Part shown: one piece after another, positions 11,621 through 22,799 of the stretch | Layout: the number at the start of each line of letters is the position of its first letter | Position numbering within the stretch: position 1 is the stretch's first letter | Source: Glaucostegus cemiculus | Lineage: Eukaryota | Assembly: GCA_976551045.1 (NCBI GenBank) | Contig: CDPCPM010000317.1 | Span: 3,162,001 to 3,226,000 of the forward strand | DNA length: 64,000 nt | Reading direction: 5' to 3' | Notes under the pieces: model-generated | What the model saw: only the letters and a program-made list of their open reading frames with translations | What the model was told of the DNA's origin: nothing | Database searches by the model: none | Made by a program: the position numbers and the translations under genes

Positions 11621-13291
11621 GGCATGTTTTACCAAGTCACTTTTCTTCTCAGTTTGATCAAGGGAATCATTCTGCCCGTGCATCTTAAATTTCCAGATTG
11701 TGTAGGTGACAAACAGGACATCACAGGGCCTCTCTCTTGCTCTGGATCAGGAGAAGGCCATAGGAGTGGGGGCTGCAGAAACAGGCACAGTGCTGGACGC
11801 AGCCAGTCTACAGGGCTGGGCTTTTTCCCAATGACAATGTGACTGCACATCACCTGTACTTTCATCAATGTTGGGCTTTCAACAAAGCTCAGAGAACCAA
11901 AGGCCACATCCTTTCTGTAGAAAGCCCTTGAGCCACCACCTCTTAATCTCATTGTCAAAGGACACATTCACTGTCAACACTGAATGCCTTTGGCACAGAA
12001 TCCTCTGTTTGAACATCCTGAATCTGCTCAGAGCTGTAAATTCCACCTATCGGCACCTCAAGCAAGGAAAGTCTGCTTGGGAAGCAGAAAAAATAATGTA
12101 AATTTAAAAGCAGCCTCTTTCCACAGTGCTAATTATTGTGTGTGGAGAGATAAGCAGCAGGATGTTTATCCTGCACATTGGCAGAAGATGAGTCAGTGAA
12201 AACAGGTGCACCATAGGTTGCAACTCAGCACGTGGATATCTGAGGCAGGTCCATTTCTCTGGGCACCGAGAGACTGTGTTTTGTGGTATCAAAGACATTC
12301 AATAAGACAGAGCCATTTCCCAATCCAGTTAGCATTATGAAATGGCAGTTGGTTGGCTGACCCTCTCCTTCGTGGTTCATAGATGTGATTGGAAGCCCCT
12401 AAACTATCTCCAAGCAGGGATTAAATCTGGGGCTTTTTCCAGGTTCTGGAACTGAATCCTCCTGTTTACCCACTGAATCATCAGGAAATTCCCAACATTG
12501 GAGTCTTAGTTTGCACAAAGAGAGAGTGGCCTTCGAAACACAGCCACTCACACACTGGCTGCGTTCCTCCAGCAGATTGTTTGTGACTCACGCCATCCAC
12601 CCTGTACTGATCTGAGACCCTGAGATCTCAGATCCAAGGTGTATGGTGTGGTGATTCCCTACTGACAGACACAGTACTAAACCAGGCAGCCAGACAGTTT
12701 AACTTAGACTCATTGCATGAGTAGTCAGTCCCATTATTATTATTTGAAATTCTGTAATTTACTGGTGCTCAGAGCTTGTTTTCTGTGACCCCATCCTTGT
12801 AAATCTTTGACTTGAAAAAGAATGAGTGAGCACTCATCCCATTGCTTAAACTGGCAGTCAGAGGCACTAAATAACACAGAGGAAATTCCTCCTCCCCTCC
12901 TGCCTGCCCGCTGCCTCAGAACACTGGGCAAACCTTCACTCTGCAGATCTCTCAGCTCCATTCCTGAAGGAAGTCTGGCGATTACCTCAGTGTTCATCAG
13001 ATCCCTGTTAAACACCAATTTCTAATCATTCCGTCACCTGTTCCATAAGAAAGTCTGAGAAGGGAGCTTCAGGCTTGGTTACCACTGGGGAACCTATTAC
13101 AGGCGACATGTTTAGAGACTGACCAGCTTGTGGTGAACCCTGGAGATGGATGGTTTTTAAACTTTGGCAGGACAATGAGATACCTGCTTTTGGTTGCTTT
13201 ATATTCATTAAGGATAAGTGTATCAACAACAATAAAAACAATTCTCATTTCATTTACCTATTGTCCATGACAGGGACAGCAGGGGTTAGAT

Positions 13292-13910
13292 TTTATAAAT
13301 CGTGGGATTGAGTTCAAGAGCAGAGAGGTGATGATGCTGCTTTACAAAACTCTAGTTAGGCCGCACTTAGAATATTGTGTTCAGTTCTGGTCGCCGCATT
13401 ATAGGAAGGATGTGGGGGCGTTGGAGAGGGTACAGAGGCGATTTACCAGGATGATGCCTGGATTAGAGGGTATGGAATATGAGGAGAGGCTTAAGGTGCT
13501 AGGGCTCTACTCGTTGGAGAGGAGGAGGATGAGAGGGGACTTGATAGAGGTGTATAAGATATTGAGAGGAATAGATAGAGTTGACAGCCAGCGCCTCTTT
13601 CCCAGAGCACAGATGCTCAAGATGAGAGGGCATGGCTTTAAGATATTGGGTGGAAAGTTTTGGGGAGATGTCAGAGGGAAGTTTTTCACCCAGAGAGTGG
13701 TTGGTGTATGGAATGCGCCGCCTGGGGTGGTAGTACAGGCAGATATGTTGGACAGGATCAAGAGATTGTTGGATAGGCACATGGAAGAATGTGGAATAGT
13801 AGGATATGTGGGAGGAAAGAGTTAGATTGTGAGACATTTGAAGGATGGCACAACTTGGTGGGCCAAAGGGCCTGTTTTGTGCTGTATTGTTCTATGGTTC
13901 TATGGTTCTA
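13292..13910 (+). mobile_element. Young 5'-truncated CR1 (HER1-like) LINE with an uninterrupted ORF2 C-terminus
   Basis: ORF 13328-13825 (LYKTLVRPHLEYCVQFWSPHYRKDV...LERRRMRGDLIEVYKI...FFTQRVVGVWN) has no stops. Tail is (ttctatgg)n. Possible short TSD tagat at 13287-13291 and 13909-13913. Confidence 0.95.
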
Positions 13911-13989
13911 GATATAAACCTCCTTTATCCCATGACACAAGTATCCCATCAAACTTCACATAAGGTTATTGCAGAAAATGTGTCATTGT

Positions 13990-15150
13990 CATAGAGTCAC
14001 AGAGTGGTACAGTACAGAAACAGGCCCTTCAGCCCATTACATCCATGCCAATCTTTTTTGTCCATCTATACCATTTGCTCATGTATGGACCACATCCTTC
14101 TATACCTGGCCTATATATGTACCTGTCTAAATGTCTCTTAAATATAGTGTTTGTATCTGATTTAACCACCTCCTCTGGCAGTGAGTTCCAGATATCAACC
14201 ATTGTCTGTGGAAAACATTTCCCCTCAGGCTTAAGGTGAAATGAAGGAATTTAAAAGGGGATTTAAGGGGATTTTTTCTTACAGTGAAAGTGGTTGATAT
14301 CTGGAACTCGCTGCCATCGAAGATGGTGGAAGCAGATACCATTTTTTTCCAAAGGTTAGTGTATCAAAAGCAAGAGAACATAGTTTTATGCTATCTTGAT
14401 TTTTATACCCCCACCAAGGGAAAAAGATTCTGATGAACTGCCCTATCTATGCCTCTCATAATTGTTTATAGTTCTATCAAATCACCCCTCATCCTCCTTT
14501 GCTCCGGGGGAAAACAAGCCCAGCCTACCCAATATCTCCCCATTTACTGACGTCCTGGTGAGTTTCCTCTGCACTCTCTCCAACGCAACCTCATTCTTCA
14601 AAGTGCGACAAACACAACTGCACACAATAAGTGCCGTCTGATCAGTTATTTCGTAACATTGCAATGTTCCATTTGTTTTGTTCTTTATCCTGCCAATATG
14701 AAGGCAAGCAAACAATATGCCTTTTTCAACACACTATCAACCTGTATTGCTATTTTCAAGAAACTGTAGACTTGAACCCCAAGATTCCTCTGTTCATCAT
14801 TACTCTAAATGCCCTACCCCTATCCAACTTCCCACAATGCATCACCTCACACTCGTTGGGATTAAACTCCACCTATCATTGCCCCACCCAACTTTTATTT
14901 TGGGTTGTTTCCTGCTGTAGCTGTAGACAACCTTTCTCACTATCCACAACACCACCAGCTTTCATGTCATCAGCAGGCTTACTAACCACACAAGCCGTTA
15001 ACGTACAGACAACATGGGTTCCAGCACTGATTCCTGCAGTGCACCATTGGTGACAGACCTCCAACAATAAAGCACTCTTCCACCAGTACCTTCCACCTAT
15101 CACACAGCCATTTTTGGATCCCATTAACCAGCTCCCTTTGGATCCTATGT
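13990..15150 (-). mobile_element. CR1 LINE 3' ~1.1 kb containing an opposite-orientation CR1 piece (14230-14345)
   Basis: Tail atagagtcacagag...acaggcccttcagccc; ORF 14482-14715 (VALERVQRKLTR...RLGLFS) and 14876-15124 (VVSKPADDMKAGGVVDSEKGC, a decayed FADD motif). Confidence 0.8.
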
Positions 15151-16694
15151 GTTTTAAAGGTTTAAGGGTTTTTTTCTCCTTGCTATTTAATTATTGCAGT
15201 GACATTTTGAAAATTGGGTTTAATTCTGTCCAAATAGCAAGGGTTTCCATGACAATCAGTTGATGTTGTACAGAGAGATTTATATTGTGTTGTCTCCTTT
15301 AATCCCAACTATGAGTGTGGGCTTTAAGCTCATCCCAGTTGAAGAAACCAGTCTCTAACCTGCAGTGATTTTAGATGATGATCTACACAAATATAACATT
15401 AATTTAAATCAGAATATCTACAAAAGGCTGGGGAAGAAGAATAAATGTGTATATAATATTTAATAATTAATATTGTAATTAAAAATTCAGTCACTAGAAA
15501 CAAAACATATTTTTCAACAGAAAAACTGCTTAAAAGTCCGTCTGTTTGTAGGTGTAGTTTAGCCTTTAAATCTTCCTTACACTGAGTATGTTAAATATAA
15601 GCATGCAGATCATGGATTAATATTTGAGCATTATGCTTGGGTCAGGGATTAGACATAATAGTTAATGGGAATGGTTTCACCCTTTTGAAATTCTACAGTT
15701 GAATCGGTGTAATGTGTGGATTGGATTTGGGTTTATTGAGAGCTGACTGGTTAATTCAGGGCACTGTGAATTAAAAAAAGAGGAACTGAGTGCTTGAAAC
15801 CATTAAAGCTCAGTTTCTGAGAAGCTATTTACTGTGAGCAGAATGCAGCCAGTGTTGCACGTCTGCGGCTCTGTGTTGGGGTATTCACTCCCAGACTCTG
15901 GCTTTGGAAACCCAAGACTCAGGCCTTGCCCCTACTGTGGGGCGACTTCACATGCTGTGTTCCTGTGTTCCCAACATGGGCAGAACTGAGCTAAGCCTCA
16001 CATTGCTACTCATTGCTGAAAATTTGTTCCACAGCATGCAATACAAAGTGCACTGCATTTTATGAGACAGAAAATGTAGAACAGGCCTTTTTTTTAATTG
16101 TAGTTCTTGAATAATTATGCAGCAATTTATATTATAATTTTACCGTCCATACCCTGAGCTGTCACTCTTAACAAATGCTAATCACTTAATCTGCTCACCA
16201 GCTGCTTCAGTCCAGTCTGGCTGAATGTTGTGCCATCTTTAAGCACTTTATAATGGTCTGATTATTGTGGCTGCTTATTTTTTTTTTGTTGCAATTATTT
16301 CCTGTGCTTCAGCACTTGATATCTATTCTCAAGTAAAATGGATCAGAAATTGCTGAGGTGTCTGTACTACAGAGGAGTTCTGAGACAGATTGCATCGAAA
16401 TTAAGTAGAGCTGAATTCCATTACTGCTCTGAAGCAGATCACTGGGGAAAACGGGCTATTTTTCTACTTTTGCAACCTAATCTATATATTGTTAACAGGA
16501 AAATCTATCAACAGATATCATTTATGGTTATCAATTTCTGTCCGAGGCAGGCTTGGTTCTGATGAGGTCAGATTTTACATCCTCAGGCTGAAAGATTTGC
16601 ATATAGACCTATGCAGTGACTTTCCACAAGTATCTCCACATCTCCTCCACTGTTGTTCCCTGCTGTTGACTGGGTTGGGCTCCCCCTCTCTTTC

Positions 16695-16790
16695 AACAAA
16701 CAAGAAGCTGGAGGAACTCAGCAGGTCAGGCAGCATCTGTAGAAGGAAATGGACAGTTGATGTTTCAGGTCAAAACCCTGCTTCAGGACT
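16695..16790 (-). mobile_element. Penelope-like terminal fragment with a hammerhead-like motif (16751-16790)
   Basis: Minus strand reads agtc-CTGAAGC-agggttttgacct-GAAAC-ATC-aactgtccatttcc...gatgctgcctgacctgctgagttcctccagc. Confidence 0.7.
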
Positions 16791-17344
16791 ACCCCACTCT
16801 TTCTGTGGGTCTGAAGACCTGATCAGACCTTTATGGTCCCAAAAAGATTCCCTGTGACCAAGACTGCTGGTGAGCCCACCCATCTAACCCACATTGGAAC
16901 CTTCCACTCACCTGCTCCCTGGGCTGAATAAAATCCAATCCTGGCCCTCACTTCCAGCCAGGATCTCCTATGGGACAGACTGTCAGTTCCATCTGTGATG
17001 TGTCCTCCCAGCATGCCAAGGATTACCATTTGGGCTCACATGGAACCGCTCAAGACAGGTTCTGGGAGATTAGCCAGGCATTTTGTGCAGCACCTGGAGG
17101 AAAGAAGAGGGCAAGAAGTCTTGAATAAATGGGAATAACTGCAAGCTGATCTCCTAGCCAGAGCCCTTTCTCCCTGCAATTCTCCACATCAGTGCCAGAT
17201 CAATGGCAAGAGTTACCATTGCATACACCACAATGAATGTCACAATGGGTTATAACAGAGGAGAGGGAGAAGCTCTTTTCAGTAACTACAGAGCAAAGAG
17301 TGAGGATGATCGGTGAAAGGACCAGAGAAAGTGGATAGATAAAA

Positions 17345-17480
17345 AAGGAAACACAAAACAACGCAGATGTCGGAAAGTTCAGATGAACGGTCTTCAACCT
17401 GAAACATTAATTCCGTTTTTCTCATCACAGGTGCTGCCTGATTTACTGAGAATCCCCAGCATTTTCAGCTCTTATTTCTG
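17345..17480 (+). mobile_element. Penelope-like terminal fragment with a degenerate hammerhead motif (17377-17412)
   Basis: gtt-CAGATGA-acggtcttcaacct-GAAAC-ATT-aat followed by acaggtgctgcctgatttactgag...cagcatttt. Confidence 0.55.
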
Positions 17481-18029
17481 ATCTGGTATGTACTGCCTGA
17501 AGGGTCAAATTAAACAGGCAGCAAGGCAAAAACTTTAATTACAGGTATGAGGGAAGAGCTTGGACCAACTGGATCGCTCTCTCAAACAGCCAGCACAGGA
17601 ACGATGGGCTGAACAGACTCCTCTTGTGCTTCTTCATTCAAATGATTTCACAGTCACACTTTGGAGCTCCACAATTCAGGATTCTCAGCCTGATGCCAGA
17701 CTCTGAAATGAGAATGTCTTGTTCTAGCCCATTCTTACCAGGTTATTAATAACCCATGTTGACACAGTGAGTGGTATTTAACATTTCACAGTGTCTATAA
17801 TTCATCTCATTTTCATTCTATAATAGCTCCCCAGTGCGATAATTGCAACACAGACTTAGTGTGACAGGTGGAACAGTTTGGGAAGCGACTGGAGAGAAGA
17901 ATTGTTATTCATAGCATTTCCCAGTTGCAGGGTGAGGAATGGCTGCCTTCTGTTACTGACATTGAAGAGAGGAGCTGACCAGCTCGAGCCCTGCTGTGGA
18001 AATGTCCCATGGAGGGTTCCTCCTGCACT

Positions 18030-18250
18030 GTGATGAAAAGGGTGAGTGGGGTGGAGGAGAAGAGAGAGAGTAGGTAGAATGGAGGAGGGGGTTGGCAGCA
18101 CTGGGGAGGAGGTGGAGAAGGTGAATGGTGTAGATGACGATTGAGATGGAGGGCAAGGCAGAGTGGAATTAGGAGGGGGGATCAGGGAGAGGTAGATGTC
18201 ACTAGGTGGGCAGTGAGGGGATGAGAGAAGGGGAGGGGCAAGTGGATTGT
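18030..18250. repeat. Purine-rich (GA) low-complexity tract
   Basis: G/A-dominated + strand, which explains the Pro/Ser-rich ORF 17856-18272. Confidence 0.7.
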
Positions 18251-18330
18251 AGTTTCCCAGTTTGAAGAACAAATCATTTCATGTTGGTAGCAGGTGGGGT
18301 GAGGGGCTCCCAGATTGTTTGACCCATTTT

Positions 18331-18565
18331 CCAGATGTGAAGGCCAGGAGCTGCTGGGCAGATCTGGCCAGGAATTGTTGGGCAGATGTGGCCAGGAGCT
18401 GCTGGGCAGATGTGAAGGGAAACTACTGGGCAGATGTGGTCAGGAATTGATGGGCAGATGTGGTCAGGAATTGATGGACAGATGTGGAGGTCAGGAGCTA
18501 TTGGGCAGATGTGAAGACCAGGAGTTGATTGACAGACGTGGAGGTAAGAAATTGTTGGGCAGAAG
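18331..18565. repeat. Minisatellite, 24/27-bp unit GGCCAGGAGCTGCTGGGCAGATGT, ~9 copies
   Basis: Tandem units are visible; they translate as (GQELLGRC)n in ORF 18315-18614. Confidence 0.9.
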
Positions 18566-21154
18566 AGGAACAGGCGTTGCTTTCAGTGGGATCTCTGTTC
18601 CTTGGTCCAGGTAGACAGTGCATGGGATTGAGTCTGTGCCAGACTCGCACAGGAGCAGCCAAAGCAGTAATGTATCATGGGTGGCACCCCACAGCTAAGG
18701 CTAGTGGTGAAAGTGAGATACATTCTGGGAGGTTTGGATGTTGATACTGGAGGAGGGATGAGCAGGAGGTCTGGTAATGATCTGAGGGGGCTGGCTTGTT
18801 GTTCCATTCCCAATATCATCTTCCATTAAGGTCAACAGACCAGAAAACATGGCACAGAAATATTCAGTTACCTCGGAGACAGAGGCAGTATTACTGAGGA
18901 GCTAACTGAATAAAGAGACAAACTAAAGCCAGCAGTAACATCCTGGAGCAGGACAGCATGGGTTAAGCACAGATCAAAGCTCCTTCTACACCATCCCATC
19001 AAATCAGGACAGGGACAGCTTGGCTAATGTACAAAGTAACGCTCCTCTGCTCTTCACTGAATGACACTAAAGAGGCAGGGTTTTTGTTACATCAGACTCT
19101 TCCGTTCCATCGGTACTGAGATGGTCAGTGTTGTGATGTGGCGCAGAGGTGATGAGAACTGGAATGAGGTTTGCAGAGTGACCCTTGGCACCAAAAGTAT
19201 GAGGAGCTATTGTCCAGGCAGAGCCACATCCTCTACCTCTGCACCTTCATCAGCCTGTCTGCCAGGGTGAGAGTTAACATTCCTACTGCTGAACGGGAAT
19301 TCCGTAACCCTAGAACTGGACAAACTTTTAATTTCATCATTTAAGATACTGGGCATTTAAAAGCTTGAGCGGAGTTTAGAGATGAGGCGTGAATGGAATT
19401 GGAAATTAGCAGATATCAACTGCACCTTGTCAGCAGATATCACTGGCTGGTGACACCGAGCGAGGTGTATTTAAATTGGTTGTCAGCATGTTCGGGGAGA
19501 TATCAGTTTTTAAATATGGATTATTTTTCCCTTGCAGTATTCCTTTGTGGCTTGATGACGCTGCCTTCAACTAGGCGACAGGTCCCTGTATGTTATCTCA
19601 AAGTGTCAGTGGTGAGCTGGGGTGTGAGGATGGAACTGACAGAGGAAGATCGGTGATGAGATTCACTGCTGTTTTGGGATTTTCTTCTTTGAACCAATCA
19701 GGATGCTTCATTCTGGTTCATTTGAACCTCTTTTGAAGCACCGCACAGTCGTAGCCTCAGCATATGGACACAATCCCCAAGGTATGTTATACCACGGACG
19801 GAAGCTCTGTACTCAGCAATTGTCGGAGTAATGACTGATTGTAAAACATTGGAGGCACTGGAGGAAAATCAGGATCCTCACAGGAATTGTCAGCAGAGTA
19901 CGCACTTTCCAGTGGTGTGGTAAATAATAAATAGGAATCTTATGCTAAGAATTGCTTACACTCTAACCTCAGCCCGAAGGGTGTAACTGAGTTTACAGAG
20001 ATTGGGGATAACTGAAGAAAGGCAGCAAAGTGGTCTAGACCTTCAGCTCAATTAATGCCAGTGGTAAATGTCAATGCTCCACATAAACCCTGAAACACAA
20101 AAACCCTCCAACAAAGCACATTGAATCCCAACCACAAACACTTGATCGGTTCCTTGTTGAATGAAGCTGCAATTGTTCAAACAAACACTGAACCTTCAGA
20201 TCTGGTTCACTGCCATTGTTGTGAGTGAACACAAAGGAACGAGCACTGTTTCCTTTCAGTCCATGATACAAAAGCACAAAAGACCCTCACCAATACACCA
20301 TGCAATGTGAAGCTGAAGGGACTGGCTCCATTTTAGTAACTCAGATGGGTTGGCATTGGTTGGGATGCCACAGACCCACTCCACCTCCTTGCCAGTGGAG
20401 GGTATTTAATCATGTTACCCAATCCCAATCAATTGGTGGCCTAAGTCACCGGCTGTCTCGGAGAAGTCACATCAGGACATAAAACGACCTCATTGTTGAC
20501 CCTGCCATAGTCTCCACTGTCCACTGAAGAACAAGTACAGGCCAAACTCCAGTAACAGATGGCTCTTGTTCTTACAGCCAGTTTTGTCAATTTTGTGCAT
20601 AAGTCAAAAAGTTCACAAAAGTCACTCAATATGGTAACTACATCTCTACAATATTCTAATGAATAATGTCAAAAACACACAAGGCTGATAAGAACAAACA
20701 ATTACTGAAAGTGGAGAGAGAGAAAAGTGGAGAATAGTTCAGCCATTAATAATATTATGGGACCATAGCCATATGTAGGAGTCCACAAGTCAAGCATACA
20801 AGGAATGGACTGTACTTGGGTGAGGTAAATTTCTGGTAGATTCAGTCCCTCATCACAATACTAGTTAGTGTCTCAGGAGAGGAACAGGAATAATTTGTAT
20901 GAAATGTTTTCACTTGATGTTTCTCCATCCTCATTTTCAAATCCTCCAACACCTCAGTCTCTCCTTCCTCGTGTATTGTGCCCCATCTTGTATTGCACTC
21001 CACTGATCTCAGTAACTCACCCAGGGCTTGTAACCCGACATCTGCACCCTTCATATTCTCACCATCTCTGATTTCCAGTTATCCGTGTCCAAAAATTCTG
21101 GACCTCTCCACTTTTCTCTCTTACGGTGCTGCTTGAAACCTCCCTCTGAGCTTT

Positions 21155-21352
21155 GGTGTCTGGAATGAGATGCCAGAGTAAGTGGTAGAGGCAGGAATAT
21201 TTAAGGGGCATTTGGACAGGTACCTGAATGAGCAGGGCATGGAGAGATATGGAATTAATGCAGGCAGGTGGGATTGGTATCAATAGGCATGGTGGTCAGC
21301 ATAGACATCGTGGGCCGAAGGGCCTGTTTCTATGCTGCACAACTCTATGACC
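21155..21352 (+). mobile_element. CR1 3' terminal fragment
   Basis: tggaatgagatgccagag...catttggacagg...gggccgaagggcctgtttctatgctg...ctctatgac. Confidence 0.85.
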
Positions 21353-21459
21353 TCTCATGATATCTTCTTCTAAGTCTTCCTGTGAAGCACCTTGGCCTGC
21401 TTTTATAACATTAAGGCGCTATATAAATGTAAATTATTCATTAAAGGAATGAGGCAGGA

Positions 21460-21478
21460 GTGTGTGTGTGTGTGTGTG
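21460..21478. repeat. (GT)n microsatellite
   Basis: About 9 GT units are visible. Confidence 0.9.
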
Positions 21479-22799
21479 ACAAAGGCTTTAGTTGTGACAA
21501 TCCTGTAGATCCAGGGTGAAAAGTATTGGGAAAATGGTTAATTCTTCATTAAAGGTCAGAAATATGATCCTTGCATTATAGAGCTATTAACATGGCACAA
21601 ATGGTAGGAAACAAATTAAAGTGCACCATAAGGAACCAAATGAAATGCATTAAAAAGAATAAAAGCAAATAATTCTAAACCAGTATGGGCTTAGGGGATG
21701 ATTCATTGCTTTCTCTTGGAGCCAGCATTTTATCGATACTGGTCCTGACCACAGAACATGAGAATGATAAGAAATGTTGACAAGGCTCAGTCTGTGGCAC
21801 TCTCACCTCTAGCTCACAAGGTTAACTGTGGGCTGTGGGTTGAGATTTGAGTGCATAAGTGAAGAGGACATGTTAGACAAAGACCCAATCATTGATTCAG
21901 TGAATGTTCAATGATCTCTCGAATTCCCTGTGTGCCAAGGCACTGCTGTGATTTGTTTAACGTTTATCAGACATCTAAAAAATAAGTACTTTCTTTTTAT
22001 TTCTATAGCACCTGTCACAAACTTTGGATATCTGCTTTAAACCAACATGAGTTTACGGACTCTTCACCATTCTGACGCAGCGCAGGCTGAGTATTTCTAG
22101 TCTGCTAGGTTTGGTTACGTCAGCAACAACAGCTTACCTTCCCCCAGTTCTGTTTAGACAATGCGATTTATTCCTTCTGCTTCAAGCAATTAGGGAGGGA
22201 GGGGGGTTAAATTGATGCCTCTCTGGCATTAGCTGTCTTTGAGCTCAGTTGACACCCTACTTATTGGGGTAAAAGTTCTGTAGGATGGAACAATTTTCAA
22301 TTAAAACCTCCTAGGCCTGGAACAGTGCAGAGTCATTTAAAGGGCAAAATTTCAGTCTGAAATAACCCCATTCCTACAACAAGACCTGGAAGTGGATTGA
22401 AATTGTTGTCATACATTTTGAAAGGGATCTTTAAAGGCTACATAGAGATCTCTCCGCTAACTATGAAATGATAATATACAAATCTGATATGAGTAGAATC
22501 AGGGATATCAGAGCTAAAAACTTCCAGTAAATTCACTGCTGAATTCCGCAATTAGATCTGTCCATACAGCAGGAGATAGTATTGCCTGATATGGGATGTC
22601 TCCAGCATTTGTACACTATGGGAGCCCCAAAGCAGGCCAGATATGCATGACCCAAGAGGCAAAATGCCAGTGTTGACCCATTATACACATTGTCTACATG
22701 TCACCTTGGTAGCCAGCTGGAAACCAAGTAGGACTCATGACAGCAACTGCTCAAGAAGCTAGCCTTGGTGTTTTGGGTTGAATGGCCTTCTTCACACTA

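Noticed and set aside
12609-12634. Hairpin gatctgaga-N8-tctcagatc as a terminator or pre-miRNA
   Set aside because: A 9-bp stem is too short for a pre-miRNA, can arise by chance in 64 kb, and intrinsic terminators do not apply here.
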